Origin: Gammaproteobacteria bacterium
Lineage (GTDB): Bacteria; Pseudomonadota; Gammaproteobacteria; Pseudomonadales; JAUIET01
Reading direction: 5' to 3'
Assembly (NCBI GenBank): GCA_030429735.1
Contig: JAUIET010000007.1
Span: 179,002-243,001 of the forward strand
DNA length: 64,000 nt
Under the pieces are notes generated by a model. That model searched no databases. It was given only the letters and a program-made list of their open reading frames with translations, and was not told where the DNA came from. Each line of letters starts with the position of its first letter. Position 1 is the stretch's first letter. A program made the translations under genes and the position numbers. Below, one piece after another: positions 1 through 9,464 of the stretch.

Positions 1-61
1 AGCTCTACACAGTACTTGTTGGCGGCGCTGATGACCCGTCCTCTTGAATATTCATCGGTCG

Positions 62-526
62 TTATTTAGAGGCTCCACTGGTTGCCGATTCGCCGTCACT
101 GTCAAAGCGCCCCCCGTACAGGGTGGGTGAGGACACTTGCTGCGGATGGATGGTAATGATCACACGTTCCGCCTCGGGTGGGTCCATATCGGCAGGTGGT
201 GGCTCGCCATACGCCTTCATAAATTGTTTGTGCACCAGGGACGCATCAGGGTCGTCCTGCACACTGGCCAGACCACGTACTTCGAGGTAGTCCATTACAT
301 TGCTGGTGGATTGCACGCAAAATGACACTCTCGGATCAACCACAATATTCTTGTACTTCATACGGCTTTTCAATGTGGATATTTTCAGATAACCGTCTTC
401 CCAGGTGTAGCTCACCGGGTTGCTGGACAACAGACCGTCCTTGTATCGAATGGTGCTGAGCACGCCGAACATATGAGTTTCCAGCAGCGCGTGCTTATTG
501 TCCGGAATGCCAATTTCATTATCCAA
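62..526 (-). CDS. pyridoxamine 5'-phosphate oxidase (PPOX)-like FMN/F420-binding family protein
   Basis: 154-aa ORF. The pattern 'FGVLSTIRYKDG...PVSYTWEDGYLKISTLKSRMKYKNIVVDPRVSF' is typical of the split-barrel PPOX family. Confidence 0.55.
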   Translation of the reverse strand: MDNEIGIPDNKHALLETHMFGVLSTIRYKDGLLSSNPVSYTWEDGYLKISTLKSRMKYKNIVVDPRVSFCVQSTSNVMDYLEVRGLASVQDDPDASLVHKQFMKAYGEPPPADMDPPEAERVIITIHPQQVSSPTLYGGRFDSDGESATSGASK

Positions 527-556
527 AACGGTTCTCCTTCAGGTTGCTCACGGCAA

Positions 557-1426
557 TCAGAATAATGCCAGATCCATGGCCAAGCCAAGAAACCAGCAAG
601 CGCCCACCCAGTGGTTGTTCAAGAATGCCTGAAAGCACGGCTCCGGCTTCCTTGAGCTGGTGATTAGAAATTGTCTGGTAAACAATAGAGCTGACACCAG
701 CAGAGCCAGATAAAAAGGCCAATGCAACTGTGCCAGCTGCGCAAACAGCAGTAGCAATAACAGCGTTAAGGTTTGCAGAATAGCGATGGCCATGCGGTCG
801 TAATCACCGAGTAAAATCGCCGTTGATTTGATGCCTACCTTCAAGTCATCGTCCCGGTCAACCATTGCATAATAAGTATCATACGCCGTGGTCCACAGCA
901 GGTTGGCGGCGAATAAAACCCACGCCATTGCCGGCAGGTGTTGCGCCTCGGCTGTGAAAGCCATTGGAATGCCGAACGAAAAAGCAACGCCGAGTACCAG
1001 CTGCGGAAGCTGGGTAATGCGTTTCATCAATGGGTAGCAGCAGGCAACAGCCAGTGCGCCAATCGACAGCAAAATGGTGGGCTGGTTGGTTTGCAGCACC
1101 AGCGCAAAGGCCGCCGACACGAGTACCGCAAACAGGCTGAGTGCCTGTTTGGTGCTGGCCTCGCCGGTTGCCAGAGGGCGTGTTGCGGTGCGCTCCACGG
1201 CGCCATCCCAGTGGCGATCAAAGTAGTCATTGATGATGCAGCCCGCCGATCGCATTAAAAAAGTCCCCAGACTAAAAATAAGCAGGTTCTTTACGCTGGG
1301 AATGCCGCCAGCGGCCACCCAGAGCGCTATCATGGTTGGCCATAGCAACAGCCAGGTGCCTATTGGGCGGTCTGCACGCATCAATCGCCAGAACATATTA
1401 AGCTTGCTGGTGCGCGCCGGTTCCAT
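557..1426 (-). CDS. ubiA: 4-hydroxybenzoate polyprenyltransferase UbiA
   Basis: 289-aa polytopic membrane protein with the UbiA motif 'NDYFDRHWDGAVERTATRPLATGE' and a second Asp-rich 'YYAMVDRDDDLKVGIKSTA' motif. Confidence 0.9.
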   Translation of the reverse strand: MEPARTSKLNMFWRLMRADRPIGTWLLLWPTMIALWVAAGGIPSVKNLLIFSLGTFLMRSAGCIINDYFDRHWDGAVERTATRPLATGEASTKQALSLFAVLVSAAFALVLQTNQPTILLSIGALAVACCYPLMKRITQLPQLVLGVAFSFGIPMAFTAEAQHLPAMAWVLFAANLLWTTAYDTYYAMVDRDDDLKVGIKSTAILLGDYDRMAIAILQTLTLLLLLLFAQLAQLHWPFYLALLVSALLFTRQFLITSSRKPEPCFQAFLNNHWVGACWFLGLAMDLALF

Positions 1427-1521
1427 CGCGGAGGGTGAATTGATTGCTGATGCTCCCTTACAGGTCTAAAATGGCGGGTTAACATGCGCAATAGTAACGT
1501 TATGCGCCGCAAAGAGGTAGA

Positions 1522-2895
1522 TTGATGAAAAAGTGGGAATGTATTGTTTGTGGCTGGGTTTACGACGAAGCCAAAGGATGGCCGGAAGATGGCATCGCGC
1601 CAGGCACATCATGGGAGGATGTTCCCGAAGACTGGTTGTGCCCTGATTGCGGTGTGGGCAAGGAAGACTTTGAGATGATCGAAGTCACCGAAACCGCTGA
1701 TGTTCCCCATCATGAAGACGAAGAGCCCGCCGATATCGCCCGTCCGGTGGTTATTATTGGCACCGGGCTTGCTGGATATAATCTGGCGAGAGAGTTCCGC
1801 AAGCACGACCAGGATACCCAGCTGATATTGATTACCGCCGATGATGGTCGCTCGTATTCCAAGCCCATGCTGTCTACTGGTTTCACAAAAGAGACTACCG
1901 CAGACGACCTGGCCATGGCTGATGCCGGCAAGATGGCCCGTCAACTCAAGGCCAGCGTGTGGACGTTTGCGCACGTTACGCACATTGACACCGCCAATCA
2001 GCAGATCAGCGTCGGTGAATCCACCACCGTAAACTACAGCAAGCTGGTGCTGGCCTGGGGAGCCGATGTTATTAGGCCACCTCTGGAAGGCGATGGCCTG
2101 GATATGGTTTATTCAGTGAACGATCTGCTGGATTACGACGACTTTAGAACCGCGATCAAGAAAAATGACGCCAAGAAACTACTGATTATTGGCAGCGGAC
2201 TGATTGGCAGCGAGTTCACCAACGATCTGGTCAACGGTGGATTTGAGATTGAGGCTGTTGACCCGCTGGGCTATAGCCTACCCACTTTGCTGCCCGAAGT
2301 GGCTGGGAAAGAGGTGCAGAAAGCGCTGGAGAGCATGGGAGCAACATTCCACTTTGGTCGGCTGGTTCTGGCGATCAATAAGCACCCTGATGGTGGCATA
2401 GTCGGCATTCTTGATGATGGTTCGGAAATCCGCGCCGATCTTGCGGTGTCTGCCGTAGGCGTGCGGCCACGCATTGAGCTTGCCAGTGCTGCCGGTATTG
2501 AGTGCAACCGCGGTATTGTTGCCAACAAATTGTTAGAGACCAGCGCGGCGAATGTCTATACGCTGGGCGATTGCGCCGAGGTGGAAGGGCATGTGTTGTT
2601 CTATGTGGCACCGCTAATGGCCTCCGCTCGTGCCTTGGGTAAAACCCTGGCTGGCGAGCCAACAGAAGTGGCTTATCCTGCCATGCCAGTGACGATCAAA
2701 ACACCGGCGTGTCCGGTGGTTGTATCGCCACCGGAGCGCGGTGCGCAAGGTGAGTGGACAATCGACGCAGACGGCGAAGATGTGGTCGCGCAATTTAAAG
2801 ACCCGGCAGGAAACCTGCTGGGTTTTGCATTGACCGGACCAAAAGGCACGAAGGAAAAATTGCGCCTGCAAAAGTTGCTACCTGCAATTTTTTAA
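1522..2895 (+). CDS. rubredoxin fused to rubredoxin-NAD(+) reductase (FAD-dependent pyridine nucleotide-disulfide oxidoreductase)
   Basis: N-terminal rubredoxin knuckles 'CIVCGWVY...' and '[13 protein letters not shown]'. These are followed by FAD '[14 protein letters not shown]' and NAD '[13 protein letters not shown]' Rossmann motifs. TTG at 1522 or ATG at 1525, with RBS 'agaggtag' upstream. Confidence 0.85.
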   Translation: MMKKWECIVCGWVYDEAKGWPEDGIAPGTSWEDVPEDWLCPDCGVGKEDFEMIEVTETADVPHHEDEEPADIARPVVIIGTGLAGYNLAREFRKHDQDTQLILITADDGRSYSKPMLSTGFTKETTADDLAMADAGKMARQLKASVWTFAHVTHIDTANQQISVGESTTVNYSKLVLAWGADVIRPPLEGDGLDMVYSVNDLLDYDDFRTAIKKNDAKKLLIIGSGLIGSEFTNDLVNGGFEIEAVDPLGYSLPTLLPEVAGKEVQKALESMGATFHFGRLVLAINKHPDGGIVGILDDGSEIRADLAVSAVGVRPRIELASAAGIECNRGIVANKLLETSAANVYTLGDCAEVEGHVLFYVAPLMASARALGKTLAGEPTEVAYPAMPVTIKTPACPVVVSPPERGAQGEWTIDADGEDVVAQFKDPAGNLLGFALTGPKGTKEKLRLQKLLPAIF

Positions 2896-2957
2896 ACGCT
2901 TGAATCAAGCCTGGCAAACCACGCATTTGTCAGGCTGTTTAACACAGAGGCCAGGGC

Positions 2958-4253
2958 ATGAGTCTGACAGCACGAATTCTGATCGCCATGCTGGCGGGTC
3001 TGGTGGTCGGCATTGGCCTGCACTTCGCAATGGCCGGCATGGGTCCGGAAAGCGCGTCCGCCCAATTCATCGCTACCTATATCACTGGCGGGCTATTCGA
3101 CGTGATTGGCAAAGTCTTTATCGCCTCCTTGAAGGTGCTGGTAGTGCCGATGGTGTTCGTGTCGCTGGTGTGTGGCAGCAGTGGGCTTGGAGCGGAAAAC
3201 TCGCGGATGGGAGCCATCGCCGGTAAATCGCTTGGCTTATATATGTTCACAACTGCGGTGGCTATCACCCTGGCACTGACGGCAGCCTTGCTGATTCAAC
3301 CCGGTGACGGGATTGAGCTGCAAACTGACAGCAACTATGTTGCGAAAGAGGCACCGTCACTCAAGCAAGTGTTGATCAATATATTCCCGAGCAATCCGGT
3401 GCAAGCCATGGCCGATGGCAATATGCTGCAGATAATTGTGTTCGCCCTGTTGTTTGGAATCGCTGTCAGCAAAGCGGGCGAGCATGGAATACGCATTCGC
3501 TCATTCTTCGACGACCTGAATGAAGTGATTATGAGTATGGTTGATATTCTGATGGCATTGGCACCCTACGGTGTGTTCTGTCTGTTGGCCGCTTTGTTTG
3601 CCGATATTGGCATTGATATTCTTGGCACTTTGGCCTGGTACTTTATGACGGTTGCGGGCGTGTTGATTCTGCACGCCGCCCTGGTGTATGGCAGTCTGGT
3701 CACTGTATTGGCGCGCTTAAATCCCTTTACCTTCTTTTTGAAGATGCGCCCGGTGCAACTGTTTGCGTTCAGCACCGCTTCCAGTAACGCGACAATGCCA
3801 ATCACACTGAGTGTCGCGGAGCATAGGCTGGGAGCGGACAATTCGGTTGCATCGTTTACTATCCCGCTTGGCGCAACCATTAATATGGATGGGACGGCGA
3901 TCATGCAAGGTGTGGCCACCGCGTTTATCGCTCAAGCCTACGGTATTGATATTGGCATGAGCGGTTACCTGGCGGTGATCGCCACGGCAACACTGGCTTC
4001 TATTGGCACCGCCGGCGTCCCCGGTGTTGGCCTTATTATGCTGGCAATGGTATTGCAGCAGGTTAACCTGCCAGTTGAAGGCATAGCGCTGATTATCGGC
4101 GTGGACCGTTTGCTGGATATGCTGCGTACTGCGGTTAATGTTACCGGTGATGCAGCGGTGACTTGTGTGGTTGCGCAATCTGAGAATGCGCTGGACAATG
4201 TGGTATTCAATACACCAACTGATGAATTATTGGCCGCTGAGAAAGCCAGTTAG
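2958..4253 (+). CDS. dicarboxylate/amino acid:cation symporter (DAACS family)
   Basis: 431-aa polytopic protein with 'FSTASSNATMPIT', 'IPLGATINMDGTA' and 'VDRLLDMLRTAVNVTGD' signatures of GltP/SstT-type transporters. Confidence 0.85.
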   Translation: MSLTARILIAMLAGLVVGIGLHFAMAGMGPESASAQFIATYITGGLFDVIGKVFIASLKVLVVPMVFVSLVCGSSGLGAENSRMGAIAGKSLGLYMFTTAVAITLALTAALLIQPGDGIELQTDSNYVAKEAPSLKQVLINIFPSNPVQAMADGNMLQIIVFALLFGIAVSKAGEHGIRIRSFFDDLNEVIMSMVDILMALAPYGVFCLLAALFADIGIDILGTLAWYFMTVAGVLILHAALVYGSLVTVLARLNPFTFFLKMRPVQLFAFSTASSNATMPITLSVAEHRLGADNSVASFTIPLGATINMDGTAIMQGVATAFIAQAYGIDIGMSGYLAVIATATLASIGTAGVPGVGLIMLAMVLQQVNLPVEGIALIIGVDRLLDMLRTAVNVTGDAAVTCVVAQSENALDNVVFNTPTDELLAAEKAS

Positions 4254-4263
4254 TTTGCCAATA

Positions 4264-5055
4264 ATGTGTCGCTTTCTGGTTCTCTTTGTATTGCTGTTGT
4301 CCGCAGCTACGCAAGCTGCGACGATTCAAGACATAGAACTTATGTTGTCCAGGTCAGGTATTGAGGCTGCTGTTGGGCAGTTGGAGCTGGCTTACGATAT
4401 CAATCTCAAGCGGCAATCAGGGACCTACCAGCTCAGTAAGCAACAACGTGTGCGGCTCAACGAGGCGTTGTCCGTTTATCGCAGCGAAGCACTCATTGCA
4501 GAGTTGACTACCGCACTTATGGCAGAATTTCAGCAGCAAGCAATACAACCCATAAAAACCGCTCTGGACCATGAGCTGGTAGAAAAATTCAGGCGCTTTG
4601 AGCGTATTGGCAATTCGGCGGGCCAACGAAAAAAACTTGAGGATTATCTGGCAGCCAACACGATAGAACCGAAAAGGCGAGAGTTGCTTCGGGCCTGCCA
4701 TATTGCCGACAGAGGGCCCGCAGTCGCTGCCGTGATTCAGTCATTCGCCGAGGTGGATTCAGCGGTTGCGTTGGATCGAATCAGTGGCGAGCAATTCACA
4801 GCTAACGATTATGAAGGTATTAAGCTGTGGCGCGGTGAACTCGAAAAACTGTACGCGAAGCAGTATGTCAGTGGTGCAGATCCGTACCTCGCGTACACTT
4901 ATCGATTCGTCCGAGATGAACAGTTGCAACAATACGCCGACATTTGGCAAGATCGCAACGTGCAGTGGTTTATGGATACGGTGTTGATGCATCTCAGGGT
5001 GCTTTTACAGTCGAAAAGGCAGCGTATGATTGACGTTCTGCACAGAAAAGAATAA
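4264..5055 (+). CDS. hypothetical secreted protein
   Basis: In-frame ATG at 4264 gives a signal peptide 'MCRFLVLFVLLLSAATQAAT'. The longer track ORF from 4165 overlaps the transporter 3' end. No recognisable family. Confidence 0.5.
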   Translation: MCRFLVLFVLLLSAATQAATIQDIELMLSRSGIEAAVGQLELAYDINLKRQSGTYQLSKQQRVRLNEALSVYRSEALIAELTTALMAEFQQQAIQPIKTALDHELVEKFRRFERIGNSAGQRKKLEDYLAANTIEPKRRELLRACHIADRGPAVAAVIQSFAEVDSAVALDRISGEQFTANDYEGIKLWRGELEKLYAKQYVSGADPYLAYTYRFVRDEQLQQYADIWQDRNVQWFMDTVLMHLRVLLQSKRQRMIDVLHRKE

Positions 5056-5081
5056 CAAAAGCTCAGCTGACGGAGCAGCTT

Positions 5082-7340
5082 ATGAAAAACGCAATACAAA
5101 GCAAATACCGCCAGGTGAAAACCGGGCCTGATACTCTGGGTTGGCCGGCATGGATCAAGTCCCTATGCCTACTCGGATTTTTCTTGCTGCTGTTAGCGCT
5201 GCTCCCAACAAGCCTGGTGTTGTTGGCTGGCAAGATCTATCAACACGCCGATCGTGATAAAGACCGCGGAGCAATCGCGGTGTCTGACGCGGCATTGGGC
5301 GATGATCATGGTGTTCCGAGGTATATTGAGCAAGGCTGGGGGCGTGCTGACAGTCTGTGGTTTTACAACGTTACCCAGGGTTCCAACGTCATCCCGTATG
5401 ACTTTTTCCTCGAGCTGGAACAGGTGAATTCTACCGACCAGGCGATGGCCCTGTTTCGCGACAACAAAAACATGGATCGCTTCCGCTATTTGGTGCAGAA
5501 ACCAAGTCTGTTCAATCCGAATGGATTACCGGTTGGTTTTGTCAAAGACACCTACCAGAACAAAGATTACCTCGGGTTTAACTGCTCAACCTGCCACACC
5601 GGACAGATAAATTTTGAGGGCATGTCAGTCCGTATTGACGGTGGGCCGGCAATGGCTGACCTGGATGGTTTTCTGGAAAGCTTGCACGCGGCATTGCAAA
5701 GCACACTGCAAGACCCAGCCAAAAAGCAGCGCTTTATTGCTGCCGTACTTGCGCGAAACGACGTCTGGCGGGCTATCCGCGGTGGCCGCAGTTATACCAG
5801 TGCAGAGCAAGTTGAGCAGGATTTGCGTATTTGGACAGAGCGTACGCGCCAGTACAACCAGATTAATGAGTCTGCGCACGAATACGGCTACGCGCGGCTG
5901 GACGCCTTTGGTCGAATATACAATCGAGTGTTACAACATGTTATCAATAAGCGCCAGGCCAGTGGGCTGTTAGCGCTTGCCATTGACGATACAGGGCAAC
6001 GCTTACTCACTGATGAACAAATTGATGCAGTTCTGGACGATCACAATGAAACGATATTCGGCCGAGCGGGTTTCGAGAAGATGGTTGCCAACCTCAAACG
6101 CAGGGGGCAGGGCTTTCCCGGGCTGGGTGACGCACAGGTAGAAAACGCGCTGCAACATTTCTTTAACGAAGCCAACGCCCCGGTGAGTTACCCGTACCTG
6201 TGGGATGTTGCGCAAACAGACTACGTGCAGTGGAATGGCTTGCAGGCAAATGCGGGTGTGGGGGCGCTTGGTCGAAATACCGGGCAAGTGATCGGGGTGT
6301 TTGCAAGCCTTGACTGGACGGAGGAGAAATCATGGCTCAGAGGCTGGAGCTTGTCTGCACTGATCAGCGGCCAAAAAGTGAAGCGGCACCGTATTGATTT
6401 TCAATCGTCAGTAGACGGGGTAAACCTGTCACGCATGGAAGGCACTTTGAAGAGTTTGAAGTCGCCTTTATGGCGCGAGGCATTCCCAGAAGATGTTGTT
6501 GCCATTAATGCACAGTTTGGAATTGATGAGGAAAAAGTATCGCGCGGTATAGTGCACTACCTGAAGTACTGCGTGTCTTGCCATGAACTGATTGATCGCG
6601 ATGCGTGGGATCGAAAAATCACATCGAAGATGTTGCGCCTGGATAAACTCGGCACCGATAAAACCATGGCAATGAACGCCACCCAATATATGGGGCGATC
6701 GGGAAACATTGGCCAAACCTACCAGGGCACCGAAGTAGGCCAGGTGGTGATAGCGAACACGGCACCCGTGCGGCAAATCCTGACGGCGGTCACTGCCGGA
6801 GTGATTGGTACGCCTGATCGAGACAAGGGCGTAGTTCGCAGAGTGGCGGATCAAGCGTACATGCTGGGCGCGTCGTTTTTTAATAATGATCTGGAGGCCA
6901 GCGTAAAAACCGGCGAATACGAACCGGATACAACGGCCGATACGTACGCATCATTGCGCGCCTACAAAGCACGCCCCTTGAACGGTGTCTGGGCAACTGC
7001 TCCTTATTTGCACAATGGCTCGGTTCCCACTTTGTACGACTTGCTGCTGCCGCAGCATCTGGATGGTGAGCGCTCAGGCGGTGAAGTATGTGATGGAAAA
7101 ACCCGGCCAACACGTTTTTGGGTGGGCAGTCGCGAGTTTGACCCGGTCAGAGTGGGTTTCAAACAATCCGACTACCCTGCGAATACAGGTTTTCTGTTTG
7201 ATACTCGCTTGCCCGGCAACAGCAACAGTGGGCACGAGTATGCCGCAGGCTTCACGCCAGGCATGCGTACCGATCAACCGCTGTCGATGATGTGTGAGAC
7301 TGAGCGTCTTGAGCTGCTGGAATTTTTGAAAACGCTGTAG
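5082..7340 (+). CDS. membrane-anchored di-heme c-type cytochrome, CCP/MauG/RoxA-like superfamily
   Basis: 752 aa with an N-terminal TM helix. Two CXXCH motifs (CSTCH at 5583-5597, CVSCH at 6570-6584). 'APYLHNGSVPTLYDLLLP' resembles the distal motif of di-heme peroxidase-like enzymes. Confidence 0.55.
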   Translation: MKNAIQSKYRQVKTGPDTLGWPAWIKSLCLLGFFLLLLALLPTSLVLLAGKIYQHADRDKDRGAIAVSDAALGDDHGVPRYIEQGWGRADSLWFYNVTQGSNVIPYDFFLELEQVNSTDQAMALFRDNKNMDRFRYLVQKPSLFNPNGLPVGFVKDTYQNKDYLGFNCSTCHTGQINFEGMSVRIDGGPAMADLDGFLESLHAALQSTLQDPAKKQRFIAAVLARNDVWRAIRGGRSYTSAEQVEQDLRIWTERTRQYNQINESAHEYGYARLDAFGRIYNRVLQHVINKRQASGLLALAIDDTGQRLLTDEQIDAVLDDHNETIFGRAGFEKMVANLKRRGQGFPGLGDAQVENALQHFFNEANAPVSYPYLWDVAQTDYVQWNGLQANAGVGALGRNTGQVIGVFASLDWTEEKSWLRGWSLSALISGQKVKRHRIDFQSSVDGVNLSRMEGTLKSLKSPLWREAFPEDVVAINAQFGIDEEKVSRGIVHYLKYCVSCHELIDRDAWDRKITSKMLRLDKLGTDKTMAMNATQYMGRSGNIGQTYQGTEVGQVVIANTAPVRQILTAVTAGVIGTPDRDKGVVRRVADQAYMLGASFFNNDLEASVKTGEYEPDTTADTYASLRAYKARPLNGVWATAPYLHNGSVPTLYDLLLPQHLDGERSGGEVCDGKTRPTRFWVGSREFDPVRVGFKQSDYPANTGFLFDTRLPGNSNSGHEYAAGFTPGMRTDQPLSMMCETERLELLEFLKTL

Positions 7341-7362
7341 CGCAGGCCCACTTTATGGGTGC

Positions 7363-8364
7363 TTAACGACCTCGCAACATCGCCCAATATTCCTTAAATC
7401 GCGTTTCAGGCGCGTTGCGATGTGTGCGGTACTGTGCAAACTGAGACGGCCCGGCATTCCGGTCCAGTTCTATTCCCCACAAAGGCTCAATCTGATTGGG
7501 CAGCATTGAGTAGCGTATATCGATGACTTCGTTTGGGTTGTCAGGGTGCAACGCGACGTAGTCATCAGAAAACCAGCTGAAGCGCTGCACGTCCATGTAT
7601 TGCTGGGAGTTCTCGGTGAGCCAAGGCAAATCTCTGGCAAGGTTCAGCTTTGCAATAGAGTCACCGTTTATCCACTGGCGTTCAACGCCAACCCGAATTG
7701 CATCCACGTAGAAACGGTCGCCGGTGCTGTAAATAGACTTAAACAATAACAGGTTTGCAAAGCCGGGCTTTACCTCCAGTCGTACCGGTTGGTGGCCACG
7801 GCTTGTTGCGAGCATTGCTGCGGTATCCATTGCCCGCTCGTGCTGCAGCCAGCCAAGGCTTAAATAGCTGATGGTCCAGCACAAGGCAATGCGCGCAGGC
7901 CACGGGCTTTGCTTTCGCAGCGACAAGACCAGTAGCAGCAGAACGGGTACAGTAACCAGAGGGTCAATGATGGAAATAGTATCGAAAGCATAGCGCTTGT
8001 CGGAGAACGGCCACAATAAAAGAGTACCGTATGATGTGCAGCTGTCCAGCAGGCCATGAGTGGCGTAGCCAAGCGTGCAATACAAAACCAGATGGGGGAA
8101 TGACCATTGCCGCCTTCGACCGAGCAGCCAAAAAACAAATGTCGCGACAATCAGGCCGCCAACGGGAATAAAGATAAAAGAGTGTGAGAACTGCCGATGA
8201 TATTCAAGGAACAGCAAGGTGTCTGTGCTGGAGCGAATCAGCACATCAAGATCAGCGGCCATGCCAGCTAGCCAGCCCGCGAACAAGGCAATGCCCATCC
8301 GCCCTGATTGTGCACCGCTTTGGGCGGCGGCAGCGCCTAACGCGCCCTGGCTGATTGGGTCCAT
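7363..8364 (-). CDS. membrane-bound metal-dependent hydrolase, YdjM/DUF457 family
   Basis: Start chosen at internal ATG (8362-8364), giving the family-typical 'MDPISQGALGAAAA'. Multiple TM segments with His-rich 'HRQFSHSF' and 'GYATHGLLD'. Confidence 0.6.
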   Translation of the reverse strand: MDPISQGALGAAAAQSGAQSGRMGIALFAGWLAGMAADLDVLIRSSTDTLLFLEYHRQFSHSFIFIPVGGLIVATFVFWLLGRRRQWSFPHLVLYCTLGYATHGLLDSCTSYGTLLLWPFSDKRYAFDTISIIDPLVTVPVLLLLVLSLRKQSPWPARIALCWTISYLSLGWLQHERAMDTAAMLATSRGHQPVRLEVKPGFANLLLFKSIYSTGDRFYVDAIRVGVERQWINGDSIAKLNLARDLPWLTENSQQYMDVQRFSWFSDDYVALHPDNPNEVIDIRYSMLPNQIEPLWGIELDRNAGPSQFAQYRTHRNAPETRFKEYWAMLRGR

Positions 8365-8437
8365 TGTTCTTTGAGCGTCCGAATAAGGTCGTTGCCTATG
8401 GTACATTCCACAAGCAGCAACCTGTAACAGAAATAGT

Positions 8438-9433
8438 ATGCACTCCACACGCTCGACAATCTATCTACTCATAACGCTCGGCCTGACTGGCGTATCGGCC
8501 CCTCTATTGCTTGCTGATGACTCACCGTTTGCAACTGCGAACCGAACTGTTTTCGTTCGCTCGCTGGGTTTACCCAATGTCGAGGATGCAAGACCCTTGT
8601 CGGCGCAGCAAAACACGATTGCATTTACGCTGGAACAAACCAGCCAATTTGTCGTTGACGACCATGGTATTGAACAGGCGTTTCTTGATGGGGAATCCAG
8701 CACCGCAAGCGTAAAGCTGCGACGTTCGCTTGGCGGCAATTGGATACTGGGTGCCGACATTCCATTTGTATCTCACAGTGGCGGGTTCATGGACAGCTTT
8801 GTCGAAGGTTGGCACAGAACGTTTGATCTTCCAAATGCTCGGCGCGAAGAGTTTGCTCGCGACCAGCTATTGTTTTCGGTCAATACGCCGGTGGCCAGTG
8901 CACGTCTGGACCGCAGTGTTTCAGGGCTGGGTGACATTGCCCTTCTTGCCCAGTACCAGATATTCAGCAAGCAGCATTCAAATCTGAACGTTCAGCTTCG
9001 CGTGGAAGCGCCCAGTGGAGACGCTGCTGAATTTATTGGGTCAGAGTCCTGGGATCTGGCGGTGGGTTTGAATGCCTACCGCGGGGAACTGGCCGGTGAC
9101 TGGCGCGTGTCATTGCACGGCAGTATCGGCTTGGTTCGGCCGGGAAATTCTGAGTTACTTCCTGCGTTGCAGAACGACAGTGTAGTGTATGGGTCTGCTG
9201 CGCTGGCGCTGCCATTGTTTTATGAATGGCTCACGCTGAAAGCTCAGCTGGAAGCACATACCGCTTTTTATGATACGGACATCAAACCCCTGGGTTCAAC
9301 TTCGGTGCAGCTAACATTTGGTGCCGGAATTCAATTGGATAAACGCTGGAGTTTGAATCTTGGTCTGAGTGAAGACATAGCTGTGCGCACCGCGCCAGAC
9401 TTTACGGTGGTCATGTCGCTGGAGTATCGTTGA
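8438..9433 (+). CDS. putative outer-membrane beta-barrel protein (DUF3187-like)
   Basis: Signal peptide 'TIYLLITLGLTGVSAPLLLA', alternating beta-strand pattern, and a C-terminal aromatic '...VVMSLEYR'. Confidence 0.5.
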   Translation: MHSTRSTIYLLITLGLTGVSAPLLLADDSPFATANRTVFVRSLGLPNVEDARPLSAQQNTIAFTLEQTSQFVVDDHGIEQAFLDGESSTASVKLRRSLGGNWILGADIPFVSHSGGFMDSFVEGWHRTFDLPNARREEFARDQLLFSVNTPVASARLDRSVSGLGDIALLAQYQIFSKQHSNLNVQLRVEAPSGDAAEFIGSESWDLAVGLNAYRGELAGDWRVSLHGSIGLVRPGNSELLPALQNDSVVYGSAALALPLFYEWLTLKAQLEAHTAFYDTDIKPLGSTSVQLTFGAGIQLDKRWSLNLGLSEDIAVRTAPDFTVVMSLEYR

Positions 9434-9464
9434 TTGCTATTTGCGGGCTGGTAACGGGCTCGTG

